Shown here in pieces: positions 33,123 to 43,095 of a stretch of DNA of 64,000 bases (positions within the stretch are counted from its first letter, which is position 1; every line of letters begins with the position of its first letter). The stretch spans positions 801 to 64,800 of the forward strand of contig NZ_JBPPLZ010000012.1 of NCBI RefSeq assembly GCF_051535235.1. The letters are read 5' to 3'. The stretch comes from Nitrobacter sp. (GTDB taxonomy: Bacteria > Pseudomonadota > Alphaproteobacteria > Rhizobiales > Xanthobacteraceae). The translations under genes were made by a program, and so were the position numbers. The notes under the pieces are model-generated. The model was not told where the DNA came from, searched no databases, and saw only the letters and a list, made by a program, of their open reading frames with translations.

Positions 33123-34181
33123 ATGAAGCAGCTTCGCGACGTCGTCATTCGCACCGGACTTGAGGCGCTGTATTTCAGCGGCGCTCATCATCTGCTGCGA
33201 CCAATGTTCGCGGGCATCGGAACGATCTTCATGCTGCACCACGTGCGGCCGCGCCGAGACAGTCCGTTCCAGCCCAATCGTCACCTGGAAGTAACCCCTG
33301 AATTTCTGCGCATGACGCTTGCCCATGTCCGCTCGCTCGGAATCGATATCGTGACCGCCGACGAGATGCATCGCCGCTTGAGCGAACGCGATTTCTCGCG
33401 ACGGTTCGCCTGCTTCACCTTCGACGACGGCTATCGCGACAACCGCGACTTCGCGCTACCAGCGATGCGCGAATACGACGCGCCGCTCACGGTCTATGTC
33501 GCGAACGACTTCGCAGACTGGGCCGGTCGCATCTGGTGGATCACGCTCGAACGCATCATCGCGGTTGCCGACCGCATCGACAGCACGATCGGAGACACGT
33601 CCATTCGTCTCGATGCCAGCACGGTCGAAAACAAGCAGGCTGCGTTCATTCAAATTCACGATCTGCTGCGCGCCCTGCCGGACGATCGCAACATCGCGCC
33701 CGCGATCAGCGAATTGTGCGCACGCCATGGCGTCGACGAGTCCGCTATCAGCCGGGAGTTGTGTCTGTCCTGGGACGAGCTGAAACCCTTCGCCGCCGAT
33801 CCGCTGGTCACCATCGGCGCGCATACCATCAGCCACTGCAACCTCGCGAAGCGAAGCGAGCAGCAGGCGCTTCAGGAGATGGCCGCCAGCCGGACCCGGA
33901 TCGAAGCGGCCTTGCAGCGTCCAGTCGCCCACCTCGCCTATCCCTATGGCGATCGCCGCGCTGCAGGGCCGCGCGAGTTCGCTTTCGCCAGCGGGACCGG
34001 CTTCAAGACAGCCGTCACCACGCGACCCGGCATGATTTTTCCGGAAAATGCGGGGCATCCGACGGCGCTGCCGCGGATTTCCCTCAACGGAAATTATCAG
34101 ACCGCCCGCGTCCTGCCGGTGCTGACGTCGGGCGCCGCCACCGCCATGTGGAACGGTTTCCGCCGCGTCGACGCCACGTAA
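33123..34181 (+). CDS. polysaccharide deacetylase family protein
   Basis: TFDDGYRD, IGAHTISH, AYPYG. Confidence 0.9.
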   Translation: MKQLRDVVIRTGLEALYFSGAHHLLRPMFAGIGTIFMLHHVRPRRDSPFQPNRHLEVTPEFLRMTLAHVRSLGIDIVTADEMHRRLSERDFSRRFACFTFDDGYRDNRDFALPAMREYDAPLTVYVANDFADWAGRIWWITLERIIAVADRIDSTIGDTSIRLDASTVENKQAAFIQIHDLLRALPDDRNIAPAISELCARHGVDESAISRELCLSWDELKPFAADPLVTIGAHTISHCNLAKRSEQQALQEMAASRTRIEAALQRPVAHLAYPYGDRRAAGPREFAFASGTGFKTAVTTRPGMIFPENAGHPTALPRISLNGNYQTARVLPVLTSGAATAMWNGFRRVDAT

Positions 34182-34238
34182 CGACCCGCGGGCGCATGTG
34201 CAGGGGCACGTGCGGGGCCATCCGCCTCAACGTCAGTA

Positions 34239-35993
34239 TTACGCTGCCGGAACCGCCTCGGAGCCGCTCCAGGGCCGCGCCGGCGAAGCAAGACCGATCA
34301 ACTGCCCCTGGATGTAGTCGCAGCCCCAGTCACGCAGCATGACGGCGGATTGCTCGTCCTGAACCCATTCGGCCACCGTCCTGATATCGAGCCGCCGCGC
34401 CAGATCGATCAGCGTCTGCACGAAAGCCCGATCGTCCGGAGAGCTTGCGATATTCTGCACGAACGCGCCGTCGACCTTGACGATGTCCACGCCGAGCTTG
34501 CGCAGGTTGCGGAACGAGGTGTAGCCGGCGCCGAAATCGTCGATCGCAATCTGGCTGCCGAAGTTCTTCAACCGCGTGACAAATTCCCTGACGCCGTCGA
34601 TATCCTGAATCGCAACAGTTTCGGTGATCTCGACGATCAGGCGTTCGGCAACGCCGGGATGCGCGCCCATCAATGATTCGATCGCCGCCCACCAGTCGGC
34701 ATCCATCGTTGTCTCCGGCGAGATGTTGATGCTGAGCCGGACGCCGGGCGCTGCGGCGAGTTCGGCAATCACAAGCTCGAGCACGCGATGGTCGACGAGG
34801 CGGATCAGGCCCAGCTTCTCCGCGACCGGCACCACGTCCGGCGCGAGAAGGAACTGGCCGTTTTGCTGACGCATCCGCACCAGGCACTCATAGAACGCCG
34901 GTTCGCGCGTGCGTGCATCGACCACGGGCTCGAAGGCGGTGAGGATGCGCCGCTCGTTCAGCGCGGTGACGATCTCGTCGGTGACCCGGATGTTGGTCCG
35001 TCGCTGCGCGTCTCGAGCGACATCGGGCCGCCATACCGCGAACGAGCCGCTGCGGCGGCTTTTGGCGGCTTCGAGGACTTCCTGGGCGCGATTGATCGCT
35101 TCATCGGCCGTGCGCGCGTAACGCGGGGCGAGGACCGCACCGATCGAGGCGGTGACCGAGACCGGCCCGGACCTGGTCGGCACGATCTCGTCGCGAATGC
35201 CGGCCAGAAGCCGCTCCGCGGCGACATTCATGTCGTCGCTCGTGCAGTTCATCAGGATCAGTCCGAACTTGTTCCCGGAGAAGCGGCCGAGCACGTCGCC
35301 GCCACGCAGGCGCGCGCGAATACGCTTCGCGATGTCGCCGATCACCTCGTCTGCGACATCGAAGCCGAAGGCATCGTTGATGCGCGCAAGATGGTCGACG
35401 CCGAGCAGCAGGAACGCGAACGACGACCGATAGCGCGCCGCTTCCTCGATCGCAGCGGCGAGCGCGGCCGTCAGATGCGTGCGATTGAGTTCGCCGGTCA
35501 GGGCGTCGTTCTGCGACAGCCTGACAAGCTGCTCGTCGCGGGCGCGCCGCTCGTTCTCGAGCCGCACGATGCCTTCGACACGCACCACCTTGCCGTCGGC
35601 ACCGGCGAACCAGCAGCCGGATTCCTCGATCCATAGCATCGGCGCCGAGGCGCTGGCGCGCACGCCATATTCGATGCGGTAGGCCACGGCCTCCCCCGGG
35701 CGCCGCTCATGAGCCGTGGCCCGCAGGATATCGGCCCGGATCGACCCCGACGGCTCGATCAGCCGGGCCAGCCCGGCGCCGGTTGCGAGCGAGGCCGGCT
35801 CGATATCCCGGAAGATCGACACCGCCCCGTCGGTCCAGGTCATGCCATCGCTGGCCACATCCCAGACAAAGGCAGCCCCACCAAGCGCGGCGAGAATGGA
35901 CGAGACCTCCGGCCGGCCGGTCGGCCCGCCAGCAATCTGCGGCGTGCTTGCGCCGGGCGGAGACTTGGCTGCCGGTGAGGTCGCGGAGGTCAC
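34239..35993 (-). CDS. PAS-GGDEF(degenerate)-EAL protein, probable c-di-GMP phosphodiesterase
   Basis: GGDEF replaced by SGNKF; ECL, EITE, DDFGAG, KVD motifs; start position uncertain. Confidence 0.85.
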   Translation of the reverse strand: MTSATSPAAKSPPGASTPQIAGGPTGRPEVSSILAALGGAAFVWDVASDGMTWTDGAVSIFRDIEPASLATGAGLARLIEPSGSIRADILRATAHERRPGEAVAYRIEYGVRASASAPMLWIEESGCWFAGADGKVVRVEGIVRLENERRARDEQLVRLSQNDALTGELNRTHLTAALAAAIEEAARYRSSFAFLLLGVDHLARINDAFGFDVADEVIGDIAKRIRARLRGGDVLGRFSGNKFGLILMNCTSDDMNVAAERLLAGIRDEIVPTRSGPVSVTASIGAVLAPRYARTADEAINRAQEVLEAAKSRRSGSFAVWRPDVARDAQRRTNIRVTDEIVTALNERRILTAFEPVVDARTREPAFYECLVRMRQQNGQFLLAPDVVPVAEKLGLIRLVDHRVLELVIAELAAAPGVRLSINISPETTMDADWWAAIESLMGAHPGVAERLIVEITETVAIQDIDGVREFVTRLKNFGSQIAIDDFGAGYTSFRNLRKLGVDIVKVDGAFVQNIASSPDDRAFVQTLIDLARRLDIRTVAEWVQDEQSAVMLRDWGCDYIQGQLIGLASPARPWSGSEAVPAA

Positions 35994-36206
35994 GGTCGCC
36001 TCATTTTGGGACGCAGACAGGTGATTCCATTTTGAAGCATAGGACCTCCCTGCCGCCAGGCAAAGCTCATAAACACCCGGAAAGCCGGTCCTTTGCCGCG
36101 GGACCCGGTTCACGCCGGCCCTTATGGCCCACGGCACGGCCCTTGCGAGGCCCATCGCAAAGGCGGATGTGGTGTCCCGAAACAGCACATCCCGGGTGGG
36201 ATAACA

Positions 36207-36545
36207 ATGATGATCACGCAAACCGACCGCATCGCCGCAACCGCCGTCAATGCGCGGAACGACGACTTCGCGACAAGACGAGCAGGCGCCGCGGAGGCAA
36301 CAGAAACAGCGAAGATAACGGAAATAACCGTCATCGCGCCCGCCGAGCGTCCGCCGGTTTCGCGATCCCCGGCGCGCCATGACGCGTACTTCGTCACGCA
36401 ACTGATCGCCATGGAGCAGCACAGCCCGCAAACGCGGGTGTTGCGCCGGGCCGAGCCGCAAGTTGCGCGCGCCGCCTATCATTCAACGAACGAACAGAAC
36501 CAGGACAACGCGCAAGCGGCTCCGCGGCTGCTGCGCGTCATTTAA
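36207..36545 (+). CDS. hypothetical protein
   Basis: DAYFVTQLIAM...PQTR..RRA motif; short ORF. Confidence 0.55.
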   Translation: MMITQTDRIAATAVNARNDDFATRRAGAAEATETAKITEITVIAPAERPPVSRSPARHDAYFVTQLIAMEQHSPQTRVLRRAEPQVARAAYHSTNEQNQDNAQAAPRLLRVI

Positions 36546-36605
36546 GATCACGCTGATTTTGGGTCGAATCGACCCAGAATCGTGAAAGTGGTCGATTCCA
36601 ATATT

Positions 36606-37280
36606 TTAAGAAGCGGGCGGCAGGTTTGGCTTGGATTTGGAGGGCTCACCGGACGGTGTCGGCGTTCCGCTGCCCGGCTCGACGCCGGCCGCCGGAATGT
36701 CAGGAGGCTGCCCGTCCACGGGGCTTTCCAGATGAACGACCACCGTCTCCGGCGTGGTGGTCGCAACCGGTTCGGCGATGGACGCAACCGTTGGACCGCC
36801 GGACGCGAGCGGCGAAACAGAGGCCGGCGTGGAAACGGGCAGATCGAAACGCGGCTCGGACGCCGGGACCTCGGTGGCCGGTGGCGGGGGTACGGCCTTC
36901 GCGCGGGCCGGCCGCCGGGTCCGCAAGGCGATACCGGACAGGAAGTCCACCAGCGCCAGCAGCGTCAGCATGAAAAAGGTCGATGAACCGAACTGCGGCA
37001 GCATCACGAATTCCGCCGCGGCCGCGCCGAACACCACCAGCGCCAGCACATGGTCGGTGAGGTATTTGCCGCCGGCACGGGAGCTCTTGATGATCTCGAG
37101 CAGCAGGAGGACGATGCCGAGCGCAAGCAGCACGTCACCGAGCGCCACCGGCAACGCCACGCCAGACACCAGCGTCAACGTGAAAACGGGCTCCGTCAAC
37201 AGGACGCCCGGCATCAGGAAGACGATGATGTTGCAGATCGCGAGAGGAATAAGGAGCAGCGGAAAACCGATCATGGACAT
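36606..37280 (-). CDS. membrane protein with Pro-rich tail
   Basis: 4 TM helices; RBS AAGGAGG. Confidence 0.75.
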   Translation of the reverse strand: MSMIGFPLLLIPLAICNIIVFLMPGVLLTEPVFTLTLVSGVALPVALGDVLLALGIVLLLLEIIKSSRAGGKYLTDHVLALVVFGAAAAEFVMLPQFGSSTFFMLTLLALVDFLSGIALRTRRPARAKAVPPPPATEVPASEPRFDLPVSTPASVSPLASGGPTVASIAEPVATTTPETVVVHLESPVDGQPPDIPAAGVEPGSGTPTPSGEPSKSKPNLPPAS

Positions 37281-37350
37281 CGGCAAAGCCTCCTTCATTC
37301 AAGCGGAAGGGCTGAATCGCGCCGAACCCACCCTGCCTTCTCGCTCCTTA

Positions 37351-37389
37351 TCCGGGTCATTTATTCCGGGTCATTTATTCCGGGTCATT
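37351..37389. repeat. 14-bp tandem repeat (TCCGGGTCATTTAT x2.8)
   Basis: Seen directly, downstream of rpmF. Confidence 0.85.
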
Positions 37390-37427
37390 CCCGGCCTGTT
37401 GTCCCCGAGCCCAGAAATGAGGCCGGA

Positions 37428-37613
37428 TCAGGAGTCGCTCCTGGCCTTCAAAACCTGACGTCCCTTATACATGCCGGTCTTCAGATCGAGATGGTGAGGG
37501 CGTCGCAGTTCGCCGGAATCCTTGTCCTCGGCATAGGTCGGCTTTTTGATTGCGTCCGCCGAACGGCGCATGCCACGCCGCGAAGGCGATGTTTTTCTTC
37601 TTGGAACGGCCAT
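37428..37613 (-). CDS. rpmF: 50S ribosomal protein L32
   Basis: [18 protein letters not shown]...RPHH...GMYKGRQV. Confidence 0.96.
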   Translation of the reverse strand: MAVPRRKTSPSRRGMRRSADAIKKPTYAEDKDSGELRRPHHLDLKTGMYKGRQVLKARSDS

Positions 37614-37772
37614 GTCGGGGTCCTTGCAGAATGTTGTTGTCGGATTTTCCGGATGACGCCTGCGGATAGGCGCGCCCGCCCGAATGCGGGGGCTGAATGC
37701 TGTAAGTTGGGGCTTATAATGGAAGGAAAGCGCCAAAGCTAGGGCTGCAAACCGTCAAAATCGCCGCAAATC

Positions 37773-38453
37773 TCAGGAGCTACCATTGTCGCGCCAGCAG
37801 ATGCGCAGTTCGGCGGCCTTTGCCCGGACCATATAGGTTCCGGCCAGCCGGCGCACCCCGGGACCGGGTTTTCGGGCGCTGCGCCTGACCGGATTGGGCA
37901 GGATCGCGGCCATGAGGGCTGCTTCGCGGGCCGTCAGACTGGCGGCGGAGCGCCCGAAAGCGTAGCGGGAACCGGCCTCGGCCCCGAACTGCCCGCCCGG
38001 ACCCCATTCGGCGATATTCAGATAGATTTCGAGGATCCTTTGCTTGGGCACCACGGCGTCGATCCACATCGCCAGCGGAAATTCCAGCGCCTTGCGGATC
38101 AGGCTGCGTCCCGGCCACAGGAACAGATTTTTCGCGACCTGCTGCGTGATGGTCGACCCGCCGCGCGTCATCTCGCCGTCCTCGGCATCGTCGATCACCT
38201 CCCGCAGCGAGTCCCAGTCGATGCCGTGGTGGCTGCAGAATTTGGCATCCTCCGACGCGATCACCGAGCGCGGCAGCGCTGGCGACATCGCCGCGAAATC
38301 GATCCACTGCCGCGACATCGGTGCGCCGGAGAGCTTGCGCCATATCATCAGCGTCGAGACCGGATGGCCGGCCCGGTACAGCGGCGTCAGCAAATAGGGC
38401 AAAAGAAGCAGGCCGACGAGGGCCAGCAGCGTGAGACGGATCGCCCGCCGCAT
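37773..38453 (-). CDS. mtgA: monofunctional peptidoglycan transglycosylase
   Basis: [34 protein letters not shown]. Confidence 0.92.
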   Translation of the reverse strand: MRRAIRLTLLALVGLLLLPYLLTPLYRAGHPVSTLMIWRKLSGAPMSRQWIDFAAMSPALPRSVIASEDAKFCSHHGIDWDSLREVIDDAEDGEMTRGGSTITQQVAKNLFLWPGRSLIRKALEFPLAMWIDAVVPKQRILEIYLNIAEWGPGGQFGAEAGSRYAFGRSAASLTAREAALMAAILPNPVRRSARKPGPGVRRLAGTYMVRAKAAELRICWRDNGSS

Positions 38454-38689
38454 CAGGTCGCAGCGCCTTCGGCGATGGACCGGCAAACGGATTCAGCCGA
38501 TCCGCCAAGCAGACCATGAATCAGACCGCGGTTGACGGCAGAGCCGGCGAAAGCTGGCATCGAAAACTCCTTCTTGCCGGATCATATCACGGCCGAACCG
38601 GCATATTGCCGGATCGGACGGAATTGACGAAGCCGGTGTCATGGAGGATTGTCCGGCCCGATCGACCTAAAAGGGCTGTTGAGCCTGGT

Positions 38690-38796
38690 TGTCATTCCCG
38701 AAGCCGCGTCAGCGGGTATCCGGAATCCCGTACCACGAGGGGAATTCGTGAATACTGGATTCCGGGTTGGTCGCTTCGCGGCCCCCCGAAATGGCA
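38690..38796. repeat. alphaproteobacterial GTCATTCC-type REP element
   Basis: TGTCATTCCCG...CCGGAATCC...GGATTCCGGG...GAAATGGCA nested inverted repeats. Confidence 0.7.
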
Positions 38797-38852
38797 CAGG
38801 AAAGAGACCCAGATCGTTTTTTATTCGTGTTCTATTCTTGGAGCCCTTCTTG

Positions 38853-39779
38853 ATGACGTCCGGACTTTCATCCGCCGATTTCGCCAAACGCCTCGACAGG
38901 ACGGCGGACGAAACCGAGGGCCTGCTGGGCAAATTGCTAGCCGATACGGTGTTGCCCGACGAGATCGCGCGCCCGAAGCGGCTGATGGACGCCATGCGCT
39001 ATTCCTCGCTCGACGGCGGCAAGCGGCTGCGGCCGTTTTTGGTGGTCGAAAGCTCGGCGGTGTTCGAAGTTCCGCGCGACGCCGCACTGCTCGCCGGCGC
39101 GGCGCTCGAATGCATCCATTGTTACTCGCTGATCCATGACGACCTGCCGGCGATGGACAACAGCGACCTTCGCCGCGGACGGCCGACCCTGCACAAGACC
39201 ACCGACGACGCCACGGCAATCCTCGCTGGCGACGGACTGCTGACGCTCGCCTTCGACATCATCACCCGCGACGAGGTCCACAAGGATCCCGCTGTCCGCC
39301 TGGCACTGACGCGCGCGCTGGCGCGCGCCGCCGGCATTGGCGGCATGGTCGGCGGACAGATGCTCGACCTCGCCGGCGAAGGGCGCTTCGGCGATCGCGA
39401 GCCGGTGGATGTGGCGCGCTTGCAGCAGATGAAGACGGGTGCCCTGCTCCGCTACGGCTGTGTCGCCGGCGCCCTGCTCGGCCAGGCCTCGCAGAAAGAC
39501 TATCAGGCGCTCGATACGTATGGCCGCGCGCTCGGCGAAGCGTTCCAGATCGCCGACGACCTTCTCGACGTCGAAGGCGATGCGACTGCGCTCGGCAAGC
39601 CGGCCGGCGCCGACGCCGCGCTCGGCAAGACGACTTTCGTCACCCAGCTCGGCATCGACGGCGCCAAGCAACGCGTCCGCGACCTTCTGTCGAAGGCGGA
39701 CGAGGCATTGTCGGTGTTCGGCGCGCGCGGCGACGTGCTGCGCGCCACGGCGCATTTCGTCGCCGCCCGCAAGAACTGA
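38853..39779 (+). CDS. ispA: farnesyl diphosphate synthase (polyprenyl synthetase)
   Basis: GGKRLRP, HDDLPAMD..DLRRG, FQIADDLLD. Confidence 0.92.
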   Translation: MTSGLSSADFAKRLDRTADETEGLLGKLLADTVLPDEIARPKRLMDAMRYSSLDGGKRLRPFLVVESSAVFEVPRDAALLAGAALECIHCYSLIHDDLPAMDNSDLRRGRPTLHKTTDDATAILAGDGLLTLAFDIITRDEVHKDPAVRLALTRALARAAGIGGMVGGQMLDLAGEGRFGDREPVDVARLQQMKTGALLRYGCVAGALLGQASQKDYQALDTYGRALGEAFQIADDLLDVEGDATALGKPAGADAALGKTTFVTQLGIDGAKQRVRDLLSKADEALSVFGARGDVLRATAHFVAARKN

Positions 39780-39788
39780 AGGGTCGCG

Positions 39789-40481
39789 ATGGCGGGCAAG
39801 GACGCCGACGAGGAATTCTTGCTTCGCTTCAGAAAGCTGCCGAGGCCGGTGCGCCTGGTCTACGCCCGGCTGCGCACCTTCATCGCCGTCGCAGTCGGCG
39901 TCGTCGCCTACCTGCTGCTGCCGCATTCGCTGCGGCCGGTGACGCGACTGCTGATCGGCTGGGACGTTTTCGCCGCGCTCTATCTCATCCTGGTCTTCAC
40001 CGTGGTGTTCGGCAGCGGCCTCGCCCACATCCGCCGCAACGCCCGGCTTCAGGACGACGGCCGCTTCGTGATCCTGCTGGTGACTGCGATCGGCGCGTTC
40101 GCCAGCATTGCCGCGATCGTGTTCGAGCTCGGCGACCACAACCACAGCGCACCGGAACTGGCGCTGGCGACGCTCACCATCGCGCTGTCATGGGCGGCGG
40201 TACACACCACCTTCGCGCTGCACTACGCGTACGAATACTATCGGGCGGCCAAACCCGGCGGCCTCGCCTTTCCAAGCGACAAGGACGATACGCCCGAAGA
40301 CCCGGACTACTGGGATTTCGTCTACTTCTCCTTCGTGATCGGCATGACCGCGCAGGTGTCCGATGTCGGCATCACCGACAAGATCATCCGGCGTACCGCA
40401 GCGGCGCATGGCGTGATCTCGTTCGTCTTCAACACGGCGCTGCTCGCGCTGATGGTCAATATCGCAGCCAGCGCAATCTGA
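39789..40481 (+). CDS. DUF1345 membrane protein
   Basis: FALHYA, PDYWDFVYFSFVIGMTAQVSD. Confidence 0.88.
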   Translation: MAGKDADEEFLLRFRKLPRPVRLVYARLRTFIAVAVGVVAYLLLPHSLRPVTRLLIGWDVFAALYLILVFTVVFGSGLAHIRRNARLQDDGRFVILLVTAIGAFASIAAIVFELGDHNHSAPELALATLTIALSWAAVHTTFALHYAYEYYRAAKPGGLAFPSDKDDTPEDPDYWDFVYFSFVIGMTAQVSDVGITDKIIRRTAAAHGVISFVFNTALLALMVNIAASAI

Positions 40482-40516
40482 CTATTGGCAGACAGCGCCG
40501 ACCCGGACCGGCGCGT

Positions 40517-42433
40517 TTAGTTACATATCTCCATATTGCTGCCACCGCCAAGAACACCACCGCCCTGCGCGGTGGTGCGGAACTCGATCCGGCAGCCGCG
40601 CTTGATCGGATGGCAGGTATGATCGTCGCAGACGACGCCGCCTTGTTCCGGCTTCGCGCTCGCGCGGCTCCGCAGCCTGGGCGCGGCGGCTTGCGGCGCA
40701 TCCAGTTCGTCGTTGAAGCGGCCGCGGCCGGCGCGGCGGGGGCGACGATCATCGCGCTCGCGCGATGCGGAAGGCGCCTTGCGTTCCTTCCGCGCGACGC
40801 ATTCGTTGTCGTCGTTGAGCACCTTGCCCTCGCCACAGGCGATCTTCGCACAGGCATCGCCATCGGCCTTGTAGCCATGACGGCAGATCAGCGGACAGAC
40901 GCGTGCGGTCTTGCCCTTGATGACGCCAAGCGTATCGAGGCTGGCGACCTTCACGTCCAGCTTCGCATCGGCATGGCGATTGAAATTTTCGAGCGACAGC
41001 CGGGATGCCTTGCCCCACTCGCCGTCGGCCGATCCGTTGAAACAGCCGACACGCCGCAATTCGATCTGCACCGATTTGTTGATCTCAACGGCCGACAAGG
41101 CCGGCTGCGCGACAGGCTCGGCGGCCGGCGACAGCGAGGCTGTCTGCTGCGCCGGCGCCTGTGAGGCCGGCGGCGCTGAGGATGATGCGGATACATCGGC
41201 CTGGCTTGGGCTGCGGGCCTGCATGGTCGAGTTCACCGCCACCTTGGCGGCCTGTGTGTCGGCGGCACGTTCGGCCGCCTCGCGCGACTGCTCCGCCGCA
41301 TCCACTTTCGCCTGCTTGATCCGCTTCGCCTGTTCGGCGGCGATCCTGGCATCTTCCGCAGTCTTGGCGGCGGCGGCGGCCTTGGCCATTTCGGCCTGTT
41401 TCGCACCTTCTGCCGCGAGGCGCGCTTTTTCCTCCGCGGTCTCGCGCGCCTTCGCGGTCGCGGCAAGACGCGTATCCTCCGCGACGATCTTGTCGATCTG
41501 GCCTTTGGCGAGATCGGCATAGAAGCCGGTCGGATAGCTCTTCAGGAAGGTGTCCCACGCAGCGCGCGTCCCAAGCTGTAGCGACAATTCATAATCGCGG
41601 CGAGCGTCGGCGCGGGCGTCGGGAACGGGAGCAGCCGACGCGGAAGGCGCGGCCTTGACCGGCACCAGCGGCACGTCCTCTCCGCCAAGCGAACCGTAGA
41701 CGTACGGCTCCTGTCGGTTGTTGGTGACCTTGAGCACGTCGTCGCGCACAAAGCCGAACGCCTTGCGCACGTCGAGACCGGGGGTCGCGATATGCCGCAC
41801 CAGCGCATCGGTGAAGGGGCTGTTCTTGCTGTCGCCATCGGCCGCAGTCGAACCGGCCTTGGCCGCATAGGCGATCAGCGTGTTCGGCGAAGTCGGCTCC
41901 ACCTTGGCGAGGCCGCGGCCGACCGAGCGCATGCTGACCTTTTTCATGGTCTTGTTGAACGGATTGTCGCGGCACGCGTCGAGAATCACCAGCCGCAACC
42001 GCTTGGCGGATTCCACGGCGACCAGCACGCGATCCAGCGACACCGCCTCGTCGTAGACATCGGTGTCGCGCTGGAGCGCCGCGTCGACAGGAATCAGATA
42101 GTTCGTGCCCTCCACCTCGATGCCGTGGCCGGCATAGTAGATCACGGCCATGTCGGCGTTGCGCGCCTTGTCGCCGAAGTCGCGCAGCGCCCGCCGCATG
42201 TCGGCCCCGGTCAGATCGTGGCGTGCATCGACCACATCGAAGCCCGCCTGTTTCAGGGTCTGGGCGAAAGCGGCTGCGTCATTGTCGGGATTGGCGAGTT
42301 GCGGAACGTTGCGGTATTGGGAGTTGCCGATCACCAGCGCCACGCGGGTCGACGCCGTGGCCGCCTGACAGGCCAGCACCGGAACCGCGACAAACAAAAA
42401 TCCGAACAAACCGAGATATCGTCGCAAGCCCAT
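40517..42433 (-). CDS. secreted caspase-family (peptidase C14) protein
   Basis: ALVIGNSQY, YYAGHG, ILDACR catalytic dyad; Ala-rich coiled coil; PG-binding-like and Cys-rich C-terminus. Confidence 0.88.
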   Translation of the reverse strand: MGLRRYLGLFGFLFVAVPVLACQAATASTRVALVIGNSQYRNVPQLANPDNDAAAFAQTLKQAGFDVVDARHDLTGADMRRALRDFGDKARNADMAVIYYAGHGIEVEGTNYLIPVDAALQRDTDVYDEAVSLDRVLVAVESAKRLRLVILDACRDNPFNKTMKKVSMRSVGRGLAKVEPTSPNTLIAYAAKAGSTAADGDSKNSPFTDALVRHIATPGLDVRKAFGFVRDDVLKVTNNRQEPYVYGSLGGEDVPLVPVKAAPSASAAPVPDARADARRDYELSLQLGTRAAWDTFLKSYPTGFYADLAKGQIDKIVAEDTRLAATAKARETAEEKARLAAEGAKQAEMAKAAAAAKTAEDARIAAEQAKRIKQAKVDAAEQSREAAERAADTQAAKVAVNSTMQARSPSQADVSASSSAPPASQAPAQQTASLSPAAEPVAQPALSAVEINKSVQIELRRVGCFNGSADGEWGKASRLSLENFNRHADAKLDVKVASLDTLGVIKGKTARVCPLICRHGYKADGDACAKIACGEGKVLNDDNECVARKERKAPSASRERDDRRPRRAGRGRFNDELDAPQAAAPRLRSRASAKPEQGGVVCDDHTCHPIKRGCRIEFRTTAQGGGVLGGGSNMEICN

Positions 42434-42677
42434 GGCGGCACGTCCTGATCGTTCATTCATATCACACTCGCCGCTTTACCTGAAATCAAGGCCCGGCTTT
42501 GTGAACCAGGTCACAATCGACAGTGAGTACATGCTCCAGGTCGAGTCCTTCCATACCGGAATAGGACGCCGGCAACCCACAAAACGTTCAAGCGGCGCAG
42601 GCCAAACCATGGCTTGCGCGACGCCACGTTTACGCGGCTCGGCAAGGTTGCTATAGGCAACCAACGGACCGGGCAGA

Positions 42678-43046
42678 ATGCGACAAGGGCGCAAATTACA
42701 AGGGTGGATCGGGGTCTTTACGGCCTTCGTGTTCGCTTTTCAGGTGTTTCTCGCCACCGCCGTCGCAACGCAGATGGCGGCTACCGCGCCGACTGACCCG
42801 TTCGCGATCTGCCACACCATCCCCGAGGGAACAGGCGATCAGCCGGCCGGCACCACGCACGCCGCCCATCACCCGTGTACGATTTGCTCGTTCATATCGG
42901 CAGGCGCGTTGCCGCCCCCGCCGGTCACGTTTGCACCCGTTCGGATGGTCAGGGCCACCGTTGTCTGGTTCGGGCAGCGCACCCCGGTTTCCGTCAGCAA
43001 ACAACGCTCTCCCCACCTTCCTCAGGGTCCTCCCCGGATCGCGTAG
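42678..43046 (+). CDS. DUF2946 family protein (CruR/CutF-like leader)
   Basis: N-terminal hydrophobic helix, IC, HHPCTIC (CxxC), C-terminal QGPP; upstream of a TonB receptor. Confidence 0.8.
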   Translation: MRQGRKLQGWIGVFTAFVFAFQVFLATAVATQMAATAPTDPFAICHTIPEGTGDQPAGTTHAAHHPCTICSFISAGALPPPPVTFAPVRMVRATVVWFGQRTPVSVSKQRSPHLPQGPPRIA

Positions 43047-43095
43047 CTCACGACCTTTCGTCGTTCTGCTTACGTCATCATCTGGAGGACTTATT

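Noticed and set aside
38649-38852. N-terminal extension of IspA
   Set aside because: It runs through a REP element; the homologous region starts near 38853
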